Shown here: positions 1 to 14,974 of the stretch, in pieces
How positions within the stretch are numbered: position 1 is the stretch's first letter
How the letters are laid out: the number at the start of each line of letters is the position of its first letter
Assembly: GCF_009914755.1 (NCBI RefSeq)
Contig: NC_060932.1
Direction: 5' to 3' (one strand)
Origin: the human T2T-CHM13v2.0 reference genome, Homo sapiens
Length of the DNA: 64,000 nucleotides
Made by a program: the position numbers and the translations under genes
Notes under the pieces: model-generated
Seen by the model: the letters and a program-made list of their open reading frames with translations, nothing else
The model's database searches: none
What the model was told of the DNA's origin: nothing

Positions 1-161
1 TTCACTGGCAGCTGATTAGATGGTGCCCACTAGATTAAGAGTGGGTCTGCCTTCCCCAGCCCACTGACTCAAATGTTAATCGCTTTTGGCAACACCCTCA
101 CAGACATACCCAGGATCAATACTTTGTATCCTTCAATCCAATCAAGTTGACACTCAGTTTT
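1..161. mobile_element. MLT2-type (ERVL) LTR fragment, interrupted by the SVA; its terminus resumes at ~2621-2640
   Basis: ...ACTTTGTATCCTTCAATCCAATCAAGTTGACACTCAGT matches the recalled MLT2 terminal sequence and continues after the SVA as ACTCAGTTTTAACCATTAC. Confidence 0.75.
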
Positions 162-2620
162 TTTTTTGTTTGTTTGTTTGTTTTTTTAGTACTTATTGAT
201 CATTCTTGGGTGTTTCTCGGAGAGGCAGATGTGGCAGGGTCATAGGATAATAGTGGAGAGAAGGTCAGCAGATAAACACGTGAACAAAGGTCTCTGGTTT
301 TCCTAGGGAGACGTCCCTGCGGCCTTCTGCAGTGTTTGTGTCCCTGGGTACTTGAGATTAGGGAGTGGTGATGACCCTTAACGAGCATGCTGCCTTCAAG
401 CATCTGTTTAACAAAGCACATCTTGCACCGCCCTTAATCCATTTAACCCTGAGTGGACACAGCACATGTTTCAGAGAGCACGGGGTTGGGGGTAAGGTTA
501 TAGATTAACAGCATCCCAAGGCAGAAGAATTTTTCTTAGTACAGAACAAAATGGAGTCTCCTATATCTACTTCTTTCTACACAGACACAGTAACAATCTG
601 ATCTCTCTTTTTTTTCCCCACATTTTCCCCCGTTTCTTTTTGACAAAACCGCGATCGTCATCATGGCCTGTTCTCGATGGTCGCTGTCTCTTCGGAGCTG
701 TTGGGTACACTTCCCAGACGGGGCGGCCGGGCAGAGGCGCTCCTCACTTCCCAGATGGGGCGGCCGGGCAGAGGCGCTCCTCACTTCCCAGACGGGGCGG
801 CCGGGCAGAGGCGCTCCTCACTTCCCAGACGGGGCGGCCGGGCAGAGGCGCTCCTCACTTCCCAGACGGGGCGGCCGGGCAGAGGCGCTCCTCACTTCCC
901 AGACGGGGCGGCCGGGCAGAGGCGCTCCTCATTTCCCAGATGGGGCGGTCGGGCAGAGGTGCTCCTCACATCCCAGAAGATGGGCGGCTGGGCAGAGGTG
1001 CTCCTCACTTCCTCCCAGACGGGGTGGCTGGGCAGAGGTGCTCCTCACTTCCCAGGCGGGGCGGCCGGGCAGAGACGCTCCTCACCTCCCAGACGGGGTG
1101 GCCGGGCAGAGACGCTCCTCACCTCCCAGACGGGGCGGCCCGGCAGAGGCGCTCACTTCCTAGACAGGACAGCCGGGCAGAGGCGCTCCTCACCTCCCAG
1201 ATGAAGGGCGGCCTGGCAGAGGCGCTCCTCACCTCCCAGACGGGGCAGCTGGGCAGAAGCGCTGCCCACCTCCCAGATGGGGCGGCCGGGCAGAGGCATT
1301 CCTCACATCCCAGACGGAGCGGCCGAGCAGAGGCGCTCCTCACTTCCCAGACGGGGCGGCCGGGCAGAGGCGCTCCTCACTTCCCAGACGGGGCGGCCAG
1401 GCAGAGGCGCTCCTCACTTCCCAGACAAAGGGCGGCCGGGCAGAGGCGCTCCTCACTTCCCAGACGGGGCAGCCGGGCAGAGGCGTTCCCCACTTCCCAG
1501 ACGGGGCGGCCGGGCAGAGGCGCTCCCCACTTCCCAGACGGGGCGGCCGGGCAGAGCCTCTCCCCACTTCCCAGACGGGGCGGCTGGGCAGAGACTCTCC
1601 CCACTTCCCAGATGGGGCGGCCGGGCAGAGGCTCTCCCCACTTCCCAGATGGGGCGGCTGCCGGGCAGAGACGCTCCTGAATTCCCAGATGGGGCAGCTG
1701 CAGGGCAGAGGCGCTCCTCACTTCTCAGACGGGGTGGCCGGGCAGAGGCTCCTCAGTTCCCAGACGGGGTGGCGGCCGGGCAGAGGCACTCCTCACATCC
1801 CAGATGGGGTGGCTGGGCAGAGGCGCTGCTCACTTCCCAGACGATGGGTGGCCGGGCAGAGGCGCTCCTCACCTCCCAGACGGGGCGGCTGGGCAGAGGT
1901 GCTCCTCACTTCCCAGACGGGGCAGCCGGGCAGAGGCGCTCCTCACTTCCCAGAAGCGGCGGCCAGGTAGAGGAGCTCCTCATTTCCCAGACGAGGCTGC
2001 CGGGCAGAGGCGCTCCTCACTTTCCAGACAATGGGCGGCCAGGCAGAGACGCTCCTCACTTCCCAGACGGGGTGGCGGCCGGGCAGAGGCGATCCTCACT
2101 TCCCAGACAGAGCGGCCGGGCAGAGGGGCTCCTCACATCCCAGACGATGGGCAGCCAGGCAGAGACGCTCCTCACTTCCTAGACGGGGTGGCGGCCGGGC
2201 AGAGGCTGTAATCTTAGCACTTTGGAAGGCCAAGGCAGGCGGCTGGGAGGTGGAGGTTGTAGCGAGCCGAGATCAGGCCACTGCACTCCAGCCTGGGCAA
2301 CATTGAGCATTGAGTGAGCGAGACTCCGTCTGCAATCCCAGCACCTGGGGAGGCCGAGGCGGCCGGATCACTCGAGGTCAGGAGCTGGAGACCAGCCGGT
2401 CAACACGGCGAAACCCCGTCTCTACCAAAAATGCAAAAACCAGTCAGGTGTGGCGGCGTGTGCCTGCAATCCCAGGCACTTGGCAGGCCGAGGCAGGAGA
2501 ATTACGGGAGCCCGAGGCAGGGAGGTTGCAGCGAGCTGAGATCATGGCAGTACAATCCAGCCTCGGCAACAGAGGGAGACCGAAGAAAGAAAGAAAGAGG
2601 GGAGAAGGAGGGGGAGGGGG
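158..2620 (-). mobile_element. Full-length SVA retrotransposon, old subfamily (SVA_A/B-like)
   Basis: Poly-T tail ~158-188, SINE-R ~190-700, GC-rich VNTR ~708-2205, Alu-like domain ~2206-2580, degenerate hexamer purine tract to 2620. TSD ACTCAGTTTT at 152-161 and 2621-2630, with a canonical TT/AAAA L1 endonuclease site. Confidence 0.97.
708..2205 (-). repeat. SVA VNTR (~37-41 bp units)
   Basis: Unit CACTTCCCAGACGGGGCGGCCGGGCAGAGGCGCTCCT (37 bp) starts at 708, 745, 782, 819, 856 and 893, followed by more diverged units. Confidence 0.97.
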
Positions 2621-5004
2621 ACTCAGTTTTAACCATTACGAAACTTAATTTTTAAAAATCATCATCTCTATCTGTATACATGTTTTGTACGTTCTTGGAT
2701 ACAAGGCTATTTTTCTGATCAAAATAAATAGAAGTCATGTTTCAGGTTAGAAGCCCTGTTTTAGATTAGGTTAGGTTATTGATTTGAGGTTATCTGATAG
2801 AAAATCAGGAGCTTGATTCAATTATGAATTAGAGGAACAGGTCAGGACAGTAACATAAAAACCTGGAACTCCCAAGATGATTAAACCATATTGTAGAGTT
2901 TATGGAATCAGGCCCCTTTTTACAGCAATAAAATATTTCACATCCATGTCTCTCTAGAACTTGGTGTGTTACATTTTACTCTGAACTTTTTCTTTTTACT
3001 ACAACCTCAGACACAACTTTTTAAATAATTTCTTTCAGTTTTTTCTGCCTATATTCATGGAATTGCATGCCACGCATGCACACACACACACAAACACACC
3101 CCATTTGTAAGATTGTTACTTAATCTTTTGCTCCCTGATTTGACCTAAACTTTATCCAATATATGCATAGTGTGAATGGAACAATATATGACATTTTCTC
3201 TAAATATGATTTTTAAATCACATATGCTCCTCCTCTATTGTACCACATAATTTTCCATTTTTGAGTAAAATTAAGAATCTGTAATAATAATCACAATATC
3301 ATTTATCCTTCTTTTGATGCTCAACACTATCTGGTCAACAGGAGTCCTGTGGTCTGTCTCCTTTCTTTTTGGCACTCCACAGCATCTGTGAGAGCAACAA
3401 AGGTGTCCAGGCACGCCTTAATTTTCCTTGTTGCTTTTCATCAGGGAGAGACATTTACCTGGCCACTCTAGAGGAGATTTTACTGGAGATGGGGCTGAGT
3501 TTGTTCCACATGAGAGCACATGGTGGGGGCATCAAAGATCTACATATTAAGGGTCCTGAATTCATGCAGTTGTTGCCAGCTTAGCTCCAACTTTACTAAG
3601 CCCTTTCTTAAAATTATTTTTTCAAATATGTTTTTAATTTTCCCTTTTAGAGCTACTACTAGTTCTTCAGAGTTTTCATTATGTGTGTGACTTATACAAT
3701 ATATATGTGACATTCAATGACGTGGTAAAACTGACAGAAGAAAACAAAGGGGAAAAAGGAAAAGGGTCATTTGTAATGTAAAGGAATATATAATAGGCAT
3801 ATTTATAAACTAACTTATTTCCTATAACAAACTGGTTTTATGACAACCTGCAATTTCTAAAAAACATAAAGCTTTTTGTTTGATATGCTGAATAGTAATT
3901 ATTCTGTATTTCTTACCATCTTAGGAAAAATATTTTACAGTGAAGCATCATTAAATAGAGAAAATATGTTTGCGTTAAAGGAAATTAGGAAATTGCTTTC
4001 TCTTTGTTCAAAACTCCTTGTCCATATTTCCCTTTTAATCAAGGACAGGCAAGAAGAGAATTATGCAGTATATTTATGCTACACAGTTGTCCTTAGGGGA
4101 ACTGCTTGTTGATTCCACACTGACAATCTCTGCCAAATGAGGCATTGGTCTGGACTTGATGGAAGAGCTGCCTTGGATACACATAAGCACAGATGATGGC
4201 ACTGTGAAGAGTGGCCGCTCTAAATGCACAAGGGAATTTGAAAGAGTTTACTAAATTATACCGGAATTATAAAAAGCTTAATTTATAAATGTCTGTTTAT
4301 TTCCTCTCTTACATGTTTAGTCTGAGCTACTTTACATCACTTTTACGACTCAGAATCAGCTAAGTGGCATACTTAAAGTGGGAGGAAAAAGATAATATTT
4401 ATAATTCTACAGCAAGTACATCATAGTGTATTCTATTCATATTTTTGAGCTGAGATACTCAGAAGATAAAAAAATTGTTATATTCTTAGGTAACTGAATC
4501 ATTACAAACTTTCAAAAATTTTTCCTATGCTGAGTGCACATAAACCATGTGACTGGGAATAATTTTTTTAAAAGTAAAAGGTTGGAAGTTAATTTAAAAG
4601 TATTTCACAAACTTTTAAATGTAAAATGCTATGCAGAGAAAAATTGAGTTATAAGGCACCACCCTGATCTCAAAGGGGAAACAAGATAACACATGTTGAA
4701 ATGTCAGCAACAAAATCTTAAGACACACTAAATAAGAGAGTCAAGGCACACATTTCCAATAATTCATGTATTGAGGTGAAAGAGGGATTGGATAAGTATG
4801 ATTAAGATACACAAAATAATATTTATGTATTTAATATATACAATCATCTTAAAATGAACTATTGACAATATTCTTGAATACTTTAACAACTGTCGGGCTG
4901 TGCTTACAATAATAAAAATCAGTCATAGTACATGGTAGCAGCAATTTAGTAATGCTTTATCGTTCAGCTGCTGTTGAGTGAGAGTGGAGTGGAGGAAGCA
5001 GTCG

Positions 5005-5157
5005 AATGTGGAAGTTGGAAAATGGGCCCTGAGTCTGTCTACATGGATTCAAATCCCAGCTCCATCACTTAATAGCTGTGTGGCCTTAAGGAAGCATTGG
5101 ACTCTCTTCAAGCCTCCGTTTGCTCACCGTAAGACAAGAATAATAATCTACCACTTT
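5005..5157 (+). mobile_element. MIR SINE
   Basis: Core GGATTCAAATCCCAGCTCCATCACTTAATAGCTGTGTGGCCTT...CTCTCTTCAAGCCTCCGTTTGCTCAC. Confidence 0.75.
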
Positions 5158-6706
5158 TAGTGACTGACATGTACAGGTTAGACTTATTTTTAGGTTCCTT
5201 TAAAGTCAGCACCACAGCAGAAATTTCAGGACAGCCAGAGACCAGCTGCCAGTTGGTTCTCTCCTCGGTTTGAGCCCACTCAGATAACTGATCATGGTTT
5301 TCAGTTCTCTGCTAGTGATGTGAATACCATTTTCATTTCTTTGGAGAGATCTGTATTTTTCTGTGGTCTGATGACCACAGAAAGGCCTTTGCCTGCAAAC
5401 AAGTACTTGCTTTCAAGAGGGGAGATGTTTCTATATCCTTCATAACATCTCATACATCTCAGAAAATACAGCTGGCTTAAACCTTGGGATAATGAACTCT
5501 CAGGCCAGTTTGTTAGAAACACCACCAGAGTCTGAAGTCACAAGCTCTCTGAGATATGTTGGACTTGTGGACATCCCTTTAGACCATATCTAAAGCTTGC
5601 CTCCTGTGGGTGTTCTTTATGGATGATCCACACCTCACCACTTCTTCAGCCAGTGGCAAGTAAAACCAGTCCCATCAAATTCCTCCTTCTGGGACCTCAC
5701 GTTGCACTTAAACAGATTAGCAGGTAATTGCGTTGCATAGGTTATCTCCCAGCCTATATCTTGAACATTTCCAGCCTGAAGACAGGGCATACACTTTTCA
5801 TTCTCCCTCAATAGTTTGAACAGAGCTCAGTAAATATTTTGGGGACAAGCTGATTTGAGAGAGTAAGAGAAATCGACATCATTCTTGCCAACATACTGTA
5901 AAATGTTTCTCTTCCTGTGCAGGGAAACATTAGAATGGGAAGTTTATTCACCAATAGGTGGCAGTGTAGACAGATTATTATAGCAGAAAAACAGTAAATT
6001 GCTAAAAATGCCTGATTTTATGTTCCATTCCTGCAATACATTTTCTAACACTTCCAATGTCCTTGCTTTCTCTCTCAGCTCTGTCGGCCACTGCCCTACG
6101 TGACTGTTGCCTGAACAATTGTATTGGCTTCTTAACAAAGCTCCCCAATCTTGACCCTCTTCCAGTAGCCTCTGGTATTTCTGCCCAATCACATTCATAA
6201 GTGCTGATCCAATCGTGTCAGTGTCCTGTGTGAACTCATAGGTGCTCCCTATGTTGTGCAGTGCCAAGTCCAAACAACCAAACTGGTTTTCCAAACTTTG
6301 TCATTTGGAACCTTTGTAATTTTCACTCTTACTTTATTATCCAGCTACACTGGTCTTCTCAATTGTTTTTTTTTCCAGCAAGGATATCCCATTGCTCTGA
6401 GCCTGGTATATCCTTAGAATATTTCAGATATGTATAAATACTATATGTACATCACATAAATATCCATCCTTATATTCCCACCCATTCCCTACATCCTGCC
6501 CAGTTGGAATTGATTACTCTGTTCCTTATTCCCAAAGCACTTTGTTCCTTTAAGGCTTTCTATCCCACTAGAACTGTTTTCAAGGTCATATGAGAGACAT
6601 GTGTGCTCTTTCTAAGTACTGTGAACTTCCAGAGAGAGAGAGTGTTATATGTTTGTTCATGGAAGAGAGAAAGAGTACGCACTCAAAACATTAGTTTAAA
6701 AGTTTA

Positions 6707-7029
<323 letters not shown>

Positions 7030-7049
7030 TTACAAAATGCTTGCCAATA

Positions 7050-8189
<1,140 letters not shown>

Positions 8190-8190
<1 letters not shown>

Positions 8191-8744
8191 TATTAAGTCC
8201 AGCATGCATTAGCTCTTTTTCCTAATGCTCTACCCCCCGACACCCTGCTCTCCCACAACAGGCCCTGGTGTGTATTGTTCCCCTCCCTGTGTTCTCATTG
8301 TTCAGCTCCCACTTATAAATGAGAACGTGTAATGTTTAGTTTTTCGTCCCTGTATTAGTTTGCTGAGAATAATGGCTTCCAGCTTCATCCATATCCCTGC
8401 AAAGGATATGATCTTGCTCCTTTTTATGACTGCATAGTATTCTATGGTGTATGTACCACATTTTCTTTATCCAGTCTATCATTGATGGGCATTTGGGTGG
8501 ATTACATGTCTTTGCTACGTGAATAGTGCTTCAGTGAACATACACGTGCATGTATCTTTATAATAGAATGATTTATACTCCAAGTATATACTGAGTATAT
8601 ACCCAGTAATGGGATTGCTGGGTCAAACGGTATCTCCAGTTCTAAAATTTTGAGGAATCACCACACTGTCTTCCACATGGTTGAACTAATTTACATTATC
8701 ACCAACAGTGTAAAAGCGTTCCTATTTCTCTGCTACCTCACCAC
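8190..8744 (-). mobile_element. L1PA 3' fragment
   Basis: CATTGTTCAGCTCCCACTTATAAATGAGAAC...GCATAGTATTCTATGGTGTATGTACCACATTTTCTTTATCCAGTCTATCATTGATGGGCATTTGGG is the antisense L1PA ORF2 end/3'UTR. Confidence 0.92.
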
Positions 8745-8908
8745 TAAAAATTAGCTGGGCATGGTGGTGGGCACCTGTAGTCCCAGCTACTCAAAAGGCT
8801 GAGGTGGAAGGATTGCTTAAGCCTGGGAGGTCAAGGCTGCAGTGAGCCATGATCACACCACTGCACTTCAGCCTGGGCAACAGAGTCGGAACCTGTCTAA
8901 AAAAAAAA
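8745..8908 (+). mobile_element. AluJ right arm
   Basis: TAAAAATTAGCTGGGCATGGTGG...GGTCAAGGCTGCAGTGAGCCATGATC followed by an A tail. Confidence 0.85.
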
Positions 8909-9111
8909 TTCTAAAATAGAAAGTCCTTTTAAACAAAAGTCTGCATCATATGTAATTCTAATGATTTATATAGGAAAATTACTTTCCATACAACAAAAGA
9001 GTAAAAATTTAAAGCACTATCCTTGATTTTGTAACCTTTTCCCCAAAACTACTGAACATACCATCATCACAATATATTAATGTTGTCTGTCATAGCATTT
9101 TGACATACTTT

Positions 9112-9520
<409 letters not shown>

Positions 9521-9957
9521 TAAAATGGAAGTAGTATTTCCATTTTCCAAGTACATAAACTGTCATAGCATGGGACTAAATTTTACTATTATTTCCACCA
9601 TCTTGGTTTGGTGCCACTTTTTACATATTGAAATTACTTTCTTGTATTATCATCATCTTCTTCAATAAAGTCCTGGGATTGAGCTAGAGCAGTCATCTTG
9701 ATGTTACAAATAAGTAACTTGAGAAGCACAGAGGTTTTGTGGCACCCTCACGTGAATCAAAAGCCAACCCTATCATAACTTTCTGTTTGTCTTTTCATGT
9801 GGGAATGCAAGTGAACCTACGTTTCTCGGTTTGGAGAAATATCTAAAATAAGGAGCTGGGTCACTCACACTGACTCCTCCTTCTTATCAACTCACAGGTG
9901 GAAGAGAAGTTTGGAGTTAATTATTTTCCTAAATTCCATTATTCTTCCTCTCAGAAT

Positions 9958-10015
9958 AATGTACAGTTTTCTTGTCACAAGACAAGAAAATGTACAGTTT
10001 TCTTGTCACAAGACA
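9958..10015. repeat. 27 bp direct duplication overlapping an inverted repeat
   Basis: AATGTACAGTTTTCTTGTCACAAGACA at 9958-9984 and 9989-10015. Confidence 0.9.
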
Positions 10016-10505
10016 GATCTTCCTTGATTTAAAGTTAACCATATTTTAAGGGAAGATGTAGTTAAGTCATTCTTCTTTTTTTATAATTAATTCTTACATC
10101 CTACAGTCTATTCTTTCTCGACAAGCTGCAGTGTTCTGTAAAAATGAGGTGATAGCTGAGGTATGTACCTTCCATTCTTTTAAATTTAAGTGGTAAGTTT
10201 TACTTATAAAAATTTAAGAAATCACTTTCTACATGAATAGCACCAACAATAAAAAACAGAGTTAACTTCACAATGAATGAAGTATACTCTTGTGACTACT
10301 TCAGGAAAGAGGTTACTGGTTAATTTAATTTTATGGTTAACTTCGTGTTCACAATATACCAAATTGTTTTCAAATTTTGTTTTAGAACTGCAGTCTAAGT
10401 CACAGAAACATACCCAGAAGAATAACAGGAGTAGAACACATTGGGCAAGGCATAACCCAATGGCAAGAAGAAATATGCAAAAGCCCAAATTAGATACAAA
10501 ACTCA

Positions 10506-10815
<310 letters not shown>

Positions 10816-11254
10816 CCCTCACTTGATAAATGTGTACATTAGAGGAAAAAAGCTAAATGTTTTTAAGGACTATTTCCATGAAATTTACTCTCCATTCTTG
10901 GAATATTTCTTTCCAGATTACCAGTCAATGATTTAAAACAAGAGTGGAATCTACCTAAGAGATAAATGTTATCAAGTGGTTTCAGCTGTCATCAAAAGTG
11001 CCACTGCTTTGTGAAAGGTAAATTACAGCATGATTGAATAATTGCAATTTTTTTTTTTAATCTGTCTGTGGTCAGTTTGAATGATCTGGATTGACATCCT
11101 GGGATTTTACCTAATTTCTTTAACCTCACACTTCACAATAATTTGCATATGTGGCTAAACCAATCCATTATATGTTGCTTCTTTTAACTTTCAATCCAGA
11201 ATATAAACTTTTTCTGACATTCTCAAATGTTATCAGAGTTAAAGACAGGAGTTC

Positions 11255-11450
11255 GTCCTCTTCTCAATCTTTAGTGTTCCTAAGAATCACACAGGAATTG
11301 AGTGAAAACACAGTTTTCTCAGGTCCCATCTCTAGAAATTCTGGTTTTTAGATCTGAGTGTGGGAACCAAGGAATTGCACTTTTAATGAACAACCCCTCC
11401 CCTACCCGCCATCCTGGAAAAAAAAAAATTCTGTGCAGAGTCTGTGAATC
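11255..11450. mobile_element. MER5-like hAT element
   Basis: TTCTCAATCTTTAGTG..TAAGAATCAC...CAGGTCCCATCTCTAGAAATTCTG...GGAATTGCACTTTTAA pattern. Confidence 0.55.
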
Positions 11451-11464
11451 ACACTTTTTAAGCA

Positions 11465-12900
11465 TTTTTAATTTTGTAATGCTTTATATTGAAATCATTT
11501 TAGACTCACATAAAAGTTGGAAAAGTAGTACAAAGAGTTCCTATATACCAGTTACCCAGCTACCCTAAATGCTAACATCTTATGTAACCACAGCACAATC
11601 ATCAAACCCAGAAAATTAAAATTAATACAATATTTTCAACTACTCCCCAGGCTGGATGCACACTCAGCCACGTTCTTTGCTGACATCCCTTTCCTGGTCC
11701 AGGAGATGACCCAGAATCCCACTCTGCTTTATGAGTCGGCCCTCCTTAGTCTCCAATTTGGGAAGTTCCTCAGACTCTTGTCTTTCATGACCTTGACACT
11801 TCAAGAACACTGACTAGTTATTTTGTAGAATGTCTCTCAGTTTGGGTTTTTTTCTTTTTCTTTTTTTTAGACAGGATCTACTGCTGTTGCCCAGGCTGGA
11901 GTACAGCAGCACAGTCATAACTCACTGTAGCCTCAAGCTCCCAGGCTCAAGCAATCCTCCCACCTCAGCTACCCAAGTAGCTGAAACCACAGGTATACAC
12001 CACTATACCCACTTATTTTTATCTTTTTTATTTTTTGTGGGGACAGGGTCTTGCTATGTTGTCCAGGCTGTTCTTAAACTCCTTGACTCAAGTGATCCTC
12101 CCTCCTCCCCCTCCCAAAGTGCTGGGATTACAGGCATGAGCACTGCACTCGCCCAGTTTGGGTTTTCCAAATTCTCTTTGTGATTAAATTTTGCTCATGT
12201 ATTTTGGCAAGAACACCACAGAAGCAACAGTGTGCCCAGCTCAGGGCATCTTATCAGGAGGCAGGTGATGTCACTATGTCTCCTTACTGCTATTATACTT
12301 GATCACTTGGTCAAACTGGCATTTGCCAGATAGCTCCACAGTAAATTTACTAGTTTTCCTTTGTAATTAATAAGTATCCTGTGGAAAGATACTCCTTGAC
12401 CAAATACCTTGTTTCTCTTTCTTATTTCTTCTCTCATCTCTCATACTTTTTTTTTGTTTTTTGAGACAGTGTCTTGCTCTGTTACCAAGACTGAAGTTCA
12501 ATGGCACAATCACAGCTCATTGCAGCTTCAACCTCCCAGGTTCAAATGATCCTCCCACCCTAGCCTTCCAAGTACCCGGGACTACAGACACACCACCATT
12601 TCCACATCTAGCTAACTTTTAAATTTTTTGTAGAGACGGCATCTCGCTATGTTGCCCAGTCAGGTCTCAAACTCCTGGGCTCAAGCGATCCTCCCACCTT
12701 TACCTCCCAAAGTACTAGGATTACAGGCTTGAACCACCATGCCCGGCCTCTTTTCTCATATTTTAACTTACTAATTTTAGCAACCATTAATAACGGATGA
12801 TTGCAGCAATTGCTATGTGTTTACTAAATGGTCATTTTCCATTGTTATTAATGATTCCTTCATTTCTTCTCCCCTGTTTTTTTATTTACCTACTTCCTTA
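11465..12900 (-). mobile_element. Old L1MC 3' region with two antisense AluJ insertions (~11850-12155, ~12446-12748)
   Basis: TTTAGACTCACATAAAAGTTGGAAAAGTAGTACAAAGAGTTCC is an antisense L1MC 3' end; two T-tract-led Alu dimers with J-type diagnostics lie inside it. Confidence 0.8.
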
Positions 12901-13142
12901 TATTTATTCAATTAATTTTTTATATTTGAGACACTCGGTTCTACTAAATATTCAACCAACATTTTTGGAGCTTCTGTGATCAATTAGGCTTTGCTCTAAG
13001 TCCTGGACAGGTAAGTGAGTAATAACAGTTCTTGCTTTTTAGAACATTTTAGTGTATTAGACTCAGGTGAGTTTGATTAGCATAACATATTTTCACCAAG
13101 CCTGCTTTAAGAGACTGAGTTAACTGAACTTCTGGTATTGAT

Positions 13143-13570
13143 CAGGGGCTCTCAAATTTTAGTGAAAATAAGAATCACTTAGGGTCGGGTGTACTGGCTC
13201 ACACCTGTAATCACAGAACTTTGGGAGACCTAGGTGGGAGGATCACCTGTGGCCAGGATTTCGAAACCAGCCTGAGCAACACAGCGAGATCTCATCTCTA
13301 CGAAAAAATTTAAAAATTAACTGGGTCTGCTGGCACATTCCTGAGGTCCCAGCTGCGCAGGAGACTGAGGCGGGAGGATCACTTGAGCCCAGGAGTTCGA
13401 GGCTAAAATGAGCTATGATCTCAATTAGGAAACTTATGAAATGTGCAGACCCAATACAGGGACTGACTCAGTAGAGCCAGAAAGAGACCAGATCATCAGT
13501 GTTTGTAGCTATGGGACCTCAATAATTAAGACACAGGGGGTCAAGAACCACACTTGAAAAACTGCTCTAG
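13143..13570. mobile_element. MER5-like element interrupted by a truncated AluJ (+, ~13181-13420)
   Basis: CAGGGGCTCTCAAATTTTAGTG..TAAGAATCAC at the left end and CACACTTGAAAAACTGCT at the right, with an Alu body between. Confidence 0.6.
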
Positions 13571-14074
13571 ATTGAGAGCTCTGACAAGAGAATAAAACTC
13601 TTTGCAAGGCCCCTGGAGGAGCAAATTAGTCTCTTCCGCTTTGGCATATTTTTAATTAAAAGATGCATTTTCATTTCTTCAGAAAAAATTCTCTTTTTTT
13701 CTAAAGCATATAAACAATTCTTTTATTTAGGGCTATCAGTCTTTCCCAAGACTCATCAGTTTCTCTGACCAGTGAAGAAAAACATTTGTGGAGGAGGAAA
13801 ACGCACTGGCTTTCTGCTCATTCAGGGTTGTGTGACCATAGCACTTGTTAGCAGTACTGGAGAAGGGTGGTTTTGCTTAATCCTGCTCCTCTGAGGGCTC
13901 TGGATGACCTGAGCCTTGTTGTATAAGGTTCTTGAAAACCACCATGGAAAAGCAAATAAAACACATTATTATAGTTTCAAAATGTTATAAAACGTTCGTA
14001 TGTTTAGGTGTGCTCAATACTAGTTTTCTGTATGCTGTACAACTTTTACTTCGTTCCTAAGGAGGGCCTGAAGC

Positions 14075-14335
14075 ACAGTAGAATTGGGAAAGAGAGTCTA
14101 CTTGAAGTTTTGGTCATCAAAGGCCAGGACTTAGAAGCCACTTCTCCTTCCTAGTGTATGAATGTGGGGCAAACCATTGAAGAGCTCTGAGTCTTAGCTC
14201 CTCAAAACAATGGGGTAATCCCGGAACCTTGTTGTGCCAACCTCACAAAGAATGAATGAGCTTCCAATGAGATCATGATGCAGGGAAGTATTTTTTGTTT
14301 CTATTACAGTAACTCACATAAATACTCTTTGTTAT
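14075..14335 (+). mobile_element. MIR (degraded)
   Basis: CCTAGTGTATGAATGTGGGGCAAACCATTGAAGAGCTCTGAGTCTTAGCTCCTCAAAACAATGGGGTAAT resembles the MIR core. Confidence 0.55.
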
Positions 14336-14974
14336 TATGGGCCACAAATAAATTTAGTTGATTGCCGTTCTTAGAAATAAAGGGCATTAACCTTCAATTC
14401 TTAGGGTTCCCTGAAGAAAGTACTGCATTCTATTCAGATGATAGATTATGATTAGAATAATGAGGGGAACAGCTTTTCCCACCTCAACAGACTATCAATT
14501 TATGTGCTGTTTCTTGTTTTATTGGATCTAATCAGCAGCAAAAAGAATGTTCATTTATAATAAGTTCTGAGAAACATAATTTGAGCTATATAGATAGAAA
14601 TATTATTTATTGCTTTAAATAAACCATTCAAATGATGGTTTATTTCTTATGAATGGACTCTGTGCCACCAGTTAAATTAATGAATTTTTTCTGAGTGAGA
14701 TCAATGGTGGAGCTGAGAAACCTGTCAGAAGGAGAGTCTCCAGTCCTCCTGTGCCGCTGAGCACGTTAAGCCTACTATAAAGTTTGTTTAAATTTCTCTC
14801 TTAAACAGTCTTAAATATAAAACAAACTCGAACCCTTTAAGGGAAAAAAAGTTCCCTTATGTATCTGCTAATCTCCTTGTAAATCTTCCAAGCGTGATTA
14901 ATATGATTACTTAAACCCAACTGTCCAAAGGGGATTTTTGACAGTTTTATGAGGGAATTAGTTATTTTCTATTT

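Noticed and set aside
708-930. CRISPR-like regular 37 bp repeats
   Set aside because: The units are head-to-tail with no unique spacers, inside an SVA in a eukaryotic genome.
200-2655. Long overlapping ORFs up to 346 aa
   Set aside because: They are translations of the stop-poor GC-rich SVA VNTR and Alu-like/SINE-R parts, with repetitive peptides in all frames.
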